A DNA stretch of 47,785 bases from Verrucomicrobiales bacterium (GTDB lineage: Bacteria > Verrucomicrobiota > Verrucomicrobiia > Verrucomicrobiales > DEV007). Shown here piece after piece: positions 1 to 7,731 of the stretch (positions within the stretch are counted from its first letter, which is position 1; each line of letters begins with the position of its first letter). The notes under the pieces are model-generated. The model was given only the letters and a program-made list of their open reading frames with translations. It was not told the origin of the DNA and did not search any database. The stretch lies in contig JABSSR010000113.1 of the NCBI GenBank assembly GCA_013213965.1, forward strand, positions 1 to 47,785, given 5' to 3'. Made by a program: the position numbers and the translations under genes.

Positions 1-1
1 A

Positions 2-1426
2 AAAAATATTATTCTTTTTGTTACCGATGACCAGAGCCCTGATGCGGGTTGTTATGGAAATAAAATAATTAAAATGCCCAACCTAGATATGTTAGCCTCG
101 GACGGGACCCTCTTCAAACATGCCTTTGCCACAACTGCCAGTTGTTCTGCGTCTCGATCTGTAATTTTAACAGGACTTCACAATCATCTTAATGGTCAAT
201 TCGGACACGAGCACAATTATCATAAGTTCTCATCTTTCCACAACATTCAATCACTCCCGGTACTACTGCACAGACAAGGCTACCGCACAGCTCGCATTGG
301 AAAATTTCATGTAGCACCAGAACCTGTTTATCACTTCGAGACAAAATTAAAAGGAAACTCTAGAAATGCCGTTCAGATGGCAAACCAGTGTAAAGACTTT
401 ATCAATTCAAAAAATGAACGGCCCTTCTTCCTCTATTTCGCAACTTCTGATCCGCACAGGGGCGGTGGAACTGATAAAGGATCACCACACAAGCCAGACC
501 TTTTTGGAAATAGGCCCAACAAAGGATCTCATCAAGGTGTCAATGAAGTATTCTACAAACCCGAAGAAGTTGAAGTACCTGATTTTTTACCTGACACTCC
601 AACATGCAGAGCAGAACTCGCACAATACTATCAGTCCTGCTCCAGAATCGACCAGGGGCTCGGACAACTCATCCGAATTCTCAAGGAAACAGGTAAATAT
701 GATAAAACTTTAGTGGTTTTCACTTCTGATCACGGCATCGCAATGCCGGGAGGAAAGACCACGGTTTATGAACCGGGACTGAGGGTACCTTTCGTTGTCA
801 GAAACCCTTACATTAAAGAACGAGGATTAATTAGTGACGCGTTCATAAGTCATATTGATATCACTCCTTCGATACTGAATTTTGCCAACGCTTACGACTC
901 GAAAACAAAAGGCCCTTTAAAGAATCTCATTAACTTTGAGGACTCAGAAAAGCGTGCACCAGAAGAAAATAGAGGGAAAAAAATAGTTAAATTCCATGGC
1001 CGTTCCTGGTTACCTTTATTAAATAAAAAAGAAACCTCAGGATGGAATCAAATCGGCGCTTCTCATACATTTCATGAAATTCAAATGTATTATCCGATGA
1101 GAGTTGTCCGTGACCGCGATTACAAGCTCATCTGGAACATCGCATACCCACTTCCATTTCCATTTGCAAGTGATCTCTGGGCAGCACCTACCTGGCAAGC
1201 ACAATACAAACAGGGGCCAACGACAAAGTACGGAAAAAGGACAGTACACGAATATATCCAAAGACCAGAATTTGAACTCTTTGACATGCGTAAAGATCCA
1301 AATGAAACGAACAACTTAGCAGCCGGTGCACAGCACTATGAATTACTACAGGCTTACAAAGAAAAACTAAAAGAAATGCAAAAACAAACTAATGATCCCT
1401 GGATTATTAAATGGAAATACGAATAA
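2..1426 (+). CDS. S1-family sulfatase, N-sulfoglucosamine sulfohydrolase-like. The 5' end is truncated by the window edge.
   Basis: The frame stays open from nt 2 and reads NIILFVTDDQSPDAGCYG upstream of the track ORF. That is the sulfatase metal-binding DDQ N-terminus. It has an FGly-type motif SCSASRSVILTGL and a downstream FTSDHG motif. The protein resembles heparan N-sulfatases. Confidence 0.9.
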   Translation, partial: KNIILFVTDDQSPDAGCYGNKIIKMPNLDMLASDGTLFKHAFATTASCSASRSVILTGLHNHLNGQFGHEHNYHKFSSFHNIQSLPVLLHRQGYRTARIGKFHVAPEPVYHFETKLKGNSRNAVQMANQCKDFINSKNERPFFLYFATSDPHRGGGTDKGSPHKPDLFGNRPNKGSHQGVNEVFYKPEEVEVPDFLPDTPTCRAELAQYYQSCSRIDQGLGQLIRILKETGKYDKTLVVFTSDHGIAMPGGKTTVYEPGLRVPFVVRNPYIKERGLISDAFISHIDITPSILNFANAYDSKTKGPLKNLINFEDSEKRAPEENRGKKIVKFHGRSWLPLLNKKETSGWNQIGASHTFHEIQMYYPMRVVRDRDYKLIWNIAYPLPFPFASDLWAAPTWQAQYKQGPTTKYGKRTVHEYIQRPEFELFDMRKDPNETNNLAAGAQHYELLQAYKEKLKEMQKQTNDPWIIKWKYE

Positions 1427-1431
1427 TTAAT

Positions 1432-2469
1432 TTATTTACGCTGTGTGCGAATCCCATCAACCCATACTGCAGCAACAATAATTCCTCCTATAAGAACTTT
1501 CTGCACCCAGTCATCCACTCTCAACATCACACAACCATTATAGAGCAGTGTAATGATGATCGCCCCTATCATGGAACCAAAAACCGTTCCACGACCACCA
1601 GCAAGAGAAGCACCTCCAATAACAACTGCTGCGATAATATCTAACTCCAAAGCAACGGCAGTCGTTGGGTCACCATCTCCAATTTCAGCATAAGACATCA
1701 CTCCTGCCAAACCGAACATCGCTCCACCAAGCGTGAAAATAAGGATGCGATTACGGATCACGTTGATGCCCGAATATCTTGCCGCCTCTTCATTCGCTCC
1801 GAGAGCATATATGCGTCGCCCGAAAACCGAAAAACGCATCAGAATAACCATCATCAAGAAAAGAAAAATATTAATCCAAACTCCGTAGGCAAACACTAAC
1901 CATTTAGGATCAGGTTCCCGCATCATAAGTGTTTTGAGAAAATTATCCGGAGATCTGACAACTGTCTCATCAGCAAAACCTTCGGCAAGGCCTCTAGCAA
2001 CTAGCATCATTCCTAATGTCACGATGAAGGGAGCGATACCAAGGCGGGCTGATATCATCCCGTTTAAATATCCCACTGCCGCCCCAATCATAATTGCAAA
2101 CAACACAGGTAAAGGAATGATCCCGCCTATAAAAATATTCCCATCACACCAATTCACCGCGTGAGCGCATGCGACTGCCGTTAGCGCCACAACAGATCCC
2201 GCACTAAGATCAATCCCTCCACTGACTATAATCATTGTCATCGCCAAAGCACCTATACCAACGATGACCGTTTGCTTTAGGATTGTTTTTAAATTCTGTA
2301 TTGATAAGAAATTTTCAACATTGTCTGGGACATAAAAAAATATCAGTAGGAACAATAACAGAAATACAAAAATTAACCCACTGATCGGTATCAATAGAGC
2401 AAAGAAACTCTTTCCATAGCCCTTAGCTAAGCTCGAATCCACTGAACTTGCGTCCTCTGTACTTGGCAT
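1432..2469 (-). CDS. Sugar ABC transporter permease (RbsC/AraH-type, BPD_transp_2 family)
   Basis: 345 aa with an ATG start and about 9-10 hydrophobic helices. GGIDLSAGS and GGRGTVFGS motifs are typical of ribose/monosaccharide ABC permeases. It lies 6 nt downstream of the binding-protein gene. Confidence 0.85.
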   Translation of the reverse strand: MPSTEDASSVDSSLAKGYGKSFFALLIPISGLIFVFLLLFLLIFFYVPDNVENFLSIQNLKTILKQTVIVGIGALAMTMIIVSGGIDLSAGSVVALTAVACAHAVNWCDGNIFIGGIIPLPVLFAIMIGAAVGYLNGMISARLGIAPFIVTLGMMLVARGLAEGFADETVVRSPDNFLKTLMMREPDPKWLVFAYGVWINIFLFLMMVILMRFSVFGRRIYALGANEEAARYSGINVIRNRILIFTLGGAMFGLAGVMSYAEIGDGDPTTAVALELDIIAAVVIGGASLAGGRGTVFGSMIGAIIITLLYNGCVMLRVDDWVQKVLIGGIIVAAVWVDGIRTQRK

Positions 2470-2475
2470 TGTTAT

Positions 2476-3456
2476 TTACTTCTCAGATGGATTCAGGAGT
2501 TCCTTGACCTCCTGAGAATCAATATTTTCCAAGTCCAGAAGCACAGCCCCAGTATCGACATCGGCCTCAAAGGATTCACCTTTAATAGACGCTACAATAT
2601 TTTTGACTGCAGTATATCCCATCCTGAAAGGATCCTGTACTGCAAGGGCTGATATTTTATTTTTCCTTAGAGCGCTTAGCAAAGAATCATTAGTGTCAAA
2701 TCCAACAAAAGAAATCTTTCCCGCTAGCCCAGCTTCATCAAGCGCACGCAGCATTCCCTGAGTAGTCGATTCGTTTGGCGTAAAAACACCCTGAATACTG
2801 TCACCAAACTGGTTTAATAAATTTTCTGAAGCTTTCAACGCTTCATCTATCGAGACTCCACCACGCTGATCAATTGAAACCAATTCAATATCTGGTGCCG
2901 ATTCTTTTATCCCTGCAAGGAAACCTTCTTCCCTATTAGTAGTACTTGCATGATTAACGGCATGCCTGAGCATGATGATTTTTCCAGTATTTTTCATTAG
3001 TGAAGCGAGACGCTTCCCGCATTCCTTTCCAGCTCCAAAGTTATTAGTCATGACATTACTTATCACGGCTTCTCCTGCAGATTCATCAAGACCCGAATCC
3101 CATACAGCAACCTTAATTCCGGCCGCATGTGCTTCCTTCACGGGACGAACGAGAACCTTGTCATCTAGTGGGGCAAGTGCAATTCCATCAACTCGCTGAG
3201 TAATAAAGTTTTCAACGACTTTTAGTTGGCCAGCCCTATCACTTTCCTGCTGAGGCCCCTTCCATATCACTTCAACACCTAGTTCCTCCCCTGCCTTTTT
3301 AGCTCCTGCCTCTCCTGATTTCCAAAATTCATGGGTAGTACCCTTAGGAATGACTGCTATTCTTAACTGCTTATTGCCCGAATCAGTATCAGTTTTATTG
3401 CACCCAATCAAAGCAATGAAACAAAAAAGCGAAAAAGATGAGAGATATCGTGTCAT
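2476..3456 (-). CDS. Periplasmic sugar-binding lipoprotein of an ABC transporter (RbsB-like, type I PBP)
   Basis: RIAVIPKGTTHEFW and the alternating beta-alpha pattern match the PBP1 sugar-binding family. I trimmed the start to the ATG at 3456, giving MTRYLSSFSLFCFIALIGC with lipobox LIGC. The track start at 3546 would overlap aroE and adds a non-signal extension. Confidence 0.8.
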   Translation of the reverse strand: MTRYLSSFSLFCFIALIGCNKTDTDSGNKQLRIAVIPKGTTHEFWKSGEAGAKKAGEELGVEVIWKGPQQESDRAGQLKVVENFITQRVDGIALAPLDDKVLVRPVKEAHAAGIKVAVWDSGLDESAGEAVISNVMTNNFGAGKECGKRLASLMKNTGKIIMLRHAVNHASTTNREEGFLAGIKESAPDIELVSIDQRGGVSIDEALKASENLLNQFGDSIQGVFTPNESTTQGMLRALDEAGLAGKISFVGFDTNDSLLSALRKNKISALAVQDPFRMGYTAVKNIVASIKGESFEADVDTGAVLLDLENIDSQEVKELLNPSEK

Positions 3457-3492
3457 TTGATTAATCCAAGCCATTTGACGGCTTGAAATCAA
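3457..3492. promoter_or_regulatory. Nested imperfect palindrome in the 63-nt divergent intergenic region between the sugar-binding gene and aroE. Candidate operator or 5'-UTR hairpin.
   Basis: TTGATT (3457-3462) pairs with AATCAA (3487-3492). AAGCC (3468-3472) pairs with GGCTT (3480-3484) around a 7-nt centre. Read directly from the sequence. No regulator is identified. Confidence 0.2.
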
Positions 3493-3519
3493 GCCTTCGT
3501 GAGCACAAAGTCTATGTAA

Positions 3520-4398
3520 ATGGTAAAAGAACTTAATTTCAAACAAGAACTCGTGGGTTGTTTTGGCTTCCCTGTAGCAGAAAACCCCACCCAGGCAATG
3601 ATCGAGCCAGCTTTTAATGCATTAAATCTCGACTGGCGGTACTTAACTCTTGAGGTAAGTCCAGAGAATCTTAAGAGAGCAGTAAAAGGTGCGAGGGCCT
3701 TCGGATTCAAGGGTTTCAATTGCACCATTCCTCACAAAATTGAAGTCATTCAATATCTGGATAGTCTTGGAGAATCTGCAGAATTGATGGGAGCAGTAAA
3801 TTGTGTAGTCAATAAAAACGGTAAATTAATAGGTGAAAATACTGATGGAAAAGGCTTCGTTTCATCGCTGAAGCAGATCACCGATCCCAGTGAAAAATCA
3901 TGTGTTATTTTTGGAGCAGGTGGAGCAGCTAGAGCAATCAGCGTAGAAATGGCTATTGCTGGATGCTCTGCAATAACAATAGTTAACAGATCAACTGAGC
4001 GCGGCGAACAACTCGTTCAATTACTAAACACGAAAGTCAAAGATTCCATAAAGAGTACATTCCATGCAGAATTCGTACACTGGGAACAATGTTATCAAAT
4101 CCCATCAAGTGCAGAAGTCGTTATCAATGCAACCTCAATAGGTCTTTTCCCAGATATAAGTGCCCGTCTAAACATAGAACTAGAAACCTTAAAACCGGAT
4201 ATGGTAATCGCTGACGTAATACCAAATCCGCCAAAAACACAATTGGTGAATGATGCTACCGAAAGAGGTTGTAAAGTTATCGACGGCCTAGAAATGCTAG
4301 TAGCTCAGGGAGTGATTGGAATTGAATACTGGACAGGGCAAAGCCCGGACCCATCGATCATGCGTAAGGGACTTGAGGATGTGTTCGGATCATCCTAA
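3520..4398 (+). CDS. aroE: Shikimate 5-dehydrogenase
   Basis: 292 aa with an ATG start. Contains GFKGFNCTIPHK, NTDGKGF and a GAGGAARA Rossmann motif, the typical AroE layout. Confidence 0.9.
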   Translation: MVKELNFKQELVGCFGFPVAENPTQAMIEPAFNALNLDWRYLTLEVSPENLKRAVKGARAFGFKGFNCTIPHKIEVIQYLDSLGESAELMGAVNCVVNKNGKLIGENTDGKGFVSSLKQITDPSEKSCVIFGAGGAARAISVEMAIAGCSAITIVNRSTERGEQLVQLLNTKVKDSIKSTFHAEFVHWEQCYQIPSSAEVVINATSIGLFPDISARLNIELETLKPDMVIADVIPNPPKTQLVNDATERGCKVIDGLEMLVAQGVIGIEYWTGQSPDPSIMRKGLEDVFGSS

Positions 4399-4410
4399 AG
4401 AATTAATACA

Positions 4411-4439
4411 AATCTTATCATTTAAGATTCTTTCTTTTG
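4411..4439 (+). terminator. Weak AT-rich hairpin plus T-tract after aroE. Possible intrinsic terminator.
   Basis: AATCTTA (4411-4417), loop TCATT, TAAGATT (4423-4429), followed by CTTTCTTTT. The stem has only one G-C pair, so it is weak. Confidence 0.3.
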
Positions 4440-4589
4440 ATCTAAAGACTCGTCTTCTTGACTACTTTGATGGAATTTTCTCTCCTTAGCAGTCACAGAA
4501 CTATTACGTTTGCGCCCCAAAATTCCATAAGCATACCAATAACCCAAACCAAAGAAAAGTAGAGCCGCAAAGGCAAGAACGAATCCCAT
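4422..4589 (-). CDS. Hypothetical small single-pass membrane protein (55 aa from the ATG, 62 aa from the upstream GTG)
   Basis: MGFVLAFAALLFFGLGYWYAYGIL forms a hydrophobic helix followed by a charged tail. It is co-oriented with and 90 nt downstream of the SGNH gene. No homology recognised. Confidence 0.3.
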   Translation of the reverse strand: MGFVLAFAALLFFGLGYWYAYGILGRKRNSSVTAKERKFHQSSQEDESLDQKKES

Positions 4590-4699
4590 TTGAAGGAATA
4601 GGTATAACACAATAATAGTAAAGTTAAGAGAGACCTTGAGATTGCAATAGTCGCTTTAATTTGTCAATACCACGAATTATTTGATTCAAGTACGGCTAT

Positions 4700-5938
4700 T
4701 TATTCTTGCTTAATAATATAAATTGGTTTGTCAAAGTCTGGATCTAAATCATCAAACATCTGCAATCTGCTCATTGTAGGATAATTTTGCAACGGCACCA
4801 TCTTCCATGCTTTTTCAAATCCCAATCGATAACGTGATTTGGCTGTATACTTACGATTAAATACTCCGTAATGAGCAACTCGCAAAGTCTCATAAGGATA
4901 GTAACCCGCCATCACTTCTTGCACCTCATAGTCATATAAAACAAGACAACTCCTGTAGGTCACTGCTTTGACCCTAGGAATTTCAGTTTTAATTTTGAGA
5001 CGAATTTTCACATCAATTTCCTTCCAAACGATTGTCGATGGATCTACAGGTATAGCCTTCTTAACCTCAATATGCTTGGCTTCAAAAGGTTCGTCGGGGT
5101 CTAGAGCCCGGCGACCAACTGCATCATTCCCCGCATAAATCATAAAATCAGACATTACATGTTGCGCCCATTCTCTCGCTTCTGTCGGACCATAATGGAT
5201 TCCATCTGTTTCCGGATAAGGGTCAACGAATTTAGTTACGTCTCGGCTATCGAACACACGACCAAAAGGACTAACGATATCATTCATTATGCTACTCATT
5301 TCATCCTGAAGCGCATAAGGAAAACGCTCAGGATGAGAAGCGGGCGGAGCAATCCAGTAACATCGCCTACCTCCTATCACTGCCGCTTTTGCCATATCTC
5401 TACATAATCCTTCGACCACAGCAATGTTATCAGATTTCTCTCGACGCTTTGAACGCAAACTCGAGTAAAGATTAATTCCGGTTTGAATTACAACGATATC
5501 GGGATTCCAATTTTCAACCAAGGACTCTACCTTTGGAACTTCTTTAATAAATTTTTGACGCCTATCTACGGTCGGAGTTTTTTCCCAAAATCCAATATTG
5601 GATGCTATCGGTTCGTAACGACTTAGCCAATAGTAAGGAGTTGCACCGCCAGCAACGTATGTATAAACCTCAAATCCTGCCTCTCTCAGCTTCATATCAA
5701 ATACTTTACCAAAGGCGCCCATACTCATTGAATCTCCCAAATATAAAATACTTGTTCGCTTAGGAATTGTTTTTTCTTTTTTGATCCGAGCCTTAAAGCT
5801 TTTTTTCAGCTTCGATAAAATTCCTTTCCCTTTCGCGTCTTGCGGCGCCATGAAAAAGAAGCCAACACAAAATATTGGAATGCAAAGCCATGCTCGGCTC
5901 AAGAATCTAATAATCAAAGGGCCCATCAATTTAACCAT
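4700..5938 (-). CDS. SGNH/GDSL-like hydrolase with an N-terminal anchor and an uncharacterised C-terminal domain
   Basis: The N-terminal hydrophobic segment is followed by ILYLGDSMSMG (block I GDS) and ETDGIHYG (block V DxxH). The last ~120 aa are beta-rich with no motif I recognise. Confidence 0.7.
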   Translation of the reverse strand: MVKLMGPLIIRFLSRAWLCIPIFCVGFFFMAPQDAKGKGILSKLKKSFKARIKKEKTIPKRTSILYLGDSMSMGAFGKVFDMKLREAGFEVYTYVAGGATPYYWLSRYEPIASNIGFWEKTPTVDRRQKFIKEVPKVESLVENWNPDIVVIQTGINLYSSLRSKRREKSDNIAVVEGLCRDMAKAAVIGGRRCYWIAPPASHPERFPYALQDEMSSIMNDIVSPFGRVFDSRDVTKFVDPYPETDGIHYGPTEAREWAQHVMSDFMIYAGNDAVGRRALDPDEPFEAKHIEVKKAIPVDPSTIVWKEIDVKIRLKIKTEIPRVKAVTYRSCLVLYDYEVQEVMAGYYPYETLRVAHYGVFNRKYTAKSRYRLGFEKAWKMVPLQNYPTMSRLQMFDDLDPDFDKPIYIIKQE

Positions 5939-5994
5939 TACGAAATTGGATGAATAATTACTGAAACATCAAAATCTTATAAAACAAATATCTT

Positions 5995-6552
5995 TCATCG
6001 CATCCCATAATCGCGCTGCATCCTTTTTACCTTCCCTCGCAAGGCAATCCTCGTCGCAGCTGACATACGATCAATAAATAAAACACCATTCAAATGATCT
6101 GTTTCATGTTGAATGGCTCGGGAAAGGAGACCGTCCGTCTCAATTGTGACTGTATTCCCATTCATTAGTTTAACTTTGGCCTTTAATTCATAGGGCCTAG
6201 TAATCTCACCACGTATTTCAGGGAAACTCAGACACCCTTCACTCATCACGTCTTGTTCACCACCAAATTCGAGCTCCGGATTCAGAAAGATCAGAGGCAT
6301 CATATCAAGAAGATCAGCTTTCTTTCCGTCGACTCTTAAATAACTAATGCTTTCTGGATCATGGGAAACATCCACTACTGCCAATTGCATTGGAATACCT
6401 ACCTGAGGAGCAGCCAATCCGATGCCTTCAGCAGACACCATTGTTTCCAGCATATCGTCTGCCAAGGCATTAATATCCTCAGAGAAATTCTTAACTAAAT
6501 CACATTTTTTGCGTAATACAGGATCACCAAATATAACAATTTCACGAATCAC
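5995..6552 (-). CDS. def: Peptide deformylase
   Basis: All three signature motifs are present: GIGLAAPQVG, EGCLSFP and HETDHLNG. The GTG start overlaps the exbD stop (GTGA). Confidence 0.95.
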   Translation of the reverse strand: MIREIVIFGDPVLRKKCDLVKNFSEDINALADDMLETMVSAEGIGLAAPQVGIPMQLAVVDVSHDPESISYLRVDGKKADLLDMMPLIFLNPELEFGGEQDVMSEGCLSFPEIRGEITRPYELKAKVKLMNGNTVTIETDGLLSRAIQHETDHLNGVLFIDRMSAATRIALRGKVKRMQRDYGMR

Positions 6553-6986
6553 GGCTGTGCAGAATTCTCTTGTTTATCAATTAGAATACGGGCAGGCACA
6601 TCCTTAACCGGATATCCTGCCCGAGTCAAAGCATCCCATGCCGCCACAAGACTTTTAAGCGGAGCCCTCTCATCAGCCTTGAGTTCCAGTCCAAGGTCAG
6701 GATGTTCTTTCTTTAGACGTTTGAGCCTTGTCGCCAATTGATCCTGGGGTATATCTTCCGAACCAAGAATCAATTTTGAATCCGCCGTAAGAGCAAGCTC
6801 TATCCTCGATTCAGATCCAACCTTGCTGGCCAAAGAAACTGCTTCCGGGAGAGTGATACTAACAAAAGCCTTATCTTCTTTGGGGGCGGAGGTAAGTATG
6901 AAATAAATTAATAGAATCGCCAAAATATCAATTAGGGAAACTATGGGGACCATAGGTCTTGTAGAACGCTTACTAACAAAATTCAT
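6549..6986 (-). CDS. exbD: Biopolymer transport protein ExbD/TolR
   Basis: 145 aa with a single N-terminal TM (PIVSLIDILAILLIYFIL) and a periplasmic domain of typical size. It follows the exbB-like gene. Confidence 0.85.
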   Translation of the reverse strand: MNFVSKRSTRPMVPIVSLIDILAILLIYFILTSAPKEDKAFVSITLPEAVSLASKVGSESRIELALTADSKLILGSEDIPQDQLATRLKRLKKEHPDLGLELKADERAPLKSLVAAWDALTRAGYPVKDVPARILIDKQENSAQP

Positions 6987-7012
6987 TAGCTTTAATTATT
7001 TACCTCTTATTT

Positions 7013-7723
7013 CTATTTCTCCGTCACCAAACCTTTAAGTTTTGAATAAAGTATTTCAGAAGGATTTTTATAGAACGCTGATATAAAATTATCGGTAAGC
7101 ACTTCCATGCGAACACCCATCCGCTCTAATTTCTTAGTAAAATAACTATGCGCTATCACTGTAGGAACAGCAACAGCGAGGCCAGCTATTGTTGTATTTA
7201 AAGCTTCTGCAATACCACTGGAAATTTGCACACGAGAGCTACCAGCTCCTGTAGCATCAATGTTACTAAAAACTCCCACAAGACCCGAAACAGTTCCCAA
7301 GAGGCCGAGCAAAGGAGCGATCGTTATTACTACCTCTAAAAGAGCTATTCCACGTTCCAAAACTACAATCTCCTCCCGCGCTCTTGCTTCGGCTGTTGAT
7401 GATGCTTCTATACGACTTGATGGAGCACCTTCAATAACACCTAAGCCAATGCGAGAAAGAGCTGATGAATTAGAACGCAAATAATTAGCAAGATTAGCAA
7501 CATCATTTGCATTAATGTACTCCTGAGCTCCATTCATAGCTTTCTGGACACCTTTTGGCACTACGCGCCCTTCTCTCAAGGAAACCGACTTCATAAGTAT
7601 AACAGCCACTGATAGAAAGGACAGCAACAGAAGACAAAACATAAAAACTCCCCCGTCCAAGAGAAACTTGTATACAGAGTTCAATGAATTAGGTAATTCA
7701 GAAATAAAGCCAGCGTGATACAT
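7013..7723 (-). CDS. exbB: MotA/TolQ/ExbB proton-channel protein
   Basis: 236 aa with three TM segments. The conserved C-terminal region APLLGLLGTVSGL...GIAEALNTTIAGLAVAVP matches the family. Confidence 0.85.
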   Translation of the reverse strand: MYHAGFISELPNSLNSVYKFLLDGGVFMFCLLLLSFLSVAVILMKSVSLREGRVVPKGVQKAMNGAQEYINANDVANLANYLRSNSSALSRIGLGVIEGAPSSRIEASSTAEARAREEIVVLERGIALLEVVITIAPLLGLLGTVSGLVGVFSNIDATGAGSSRVQISSGIAEALNTTIAGLAVAVPTVIAHSYFTKKLERMGVRMEVLTDNFISAFYKNPSEILYSKLKGLVTEK

Positions 7724-7731
7724 ATTTTTAA

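Noticed and set aside
3457-3546. Long N-terminal extensions given by the ORF track: binding protein to 3546, xylA to 16946, gltB to 23886, skp to 26650, M23 from 12377, argB to 44981, argC to 47375
   Set aside because: Several of these (xylA, M23, argB, argC) begin at TTG/GTG; the rest are upstream in-frame starts. All add residues absent from family N-termini or placed ahead of clear signal peptides. The extension on the binding protein would overlap aroE. Downstream ATGs fit better.
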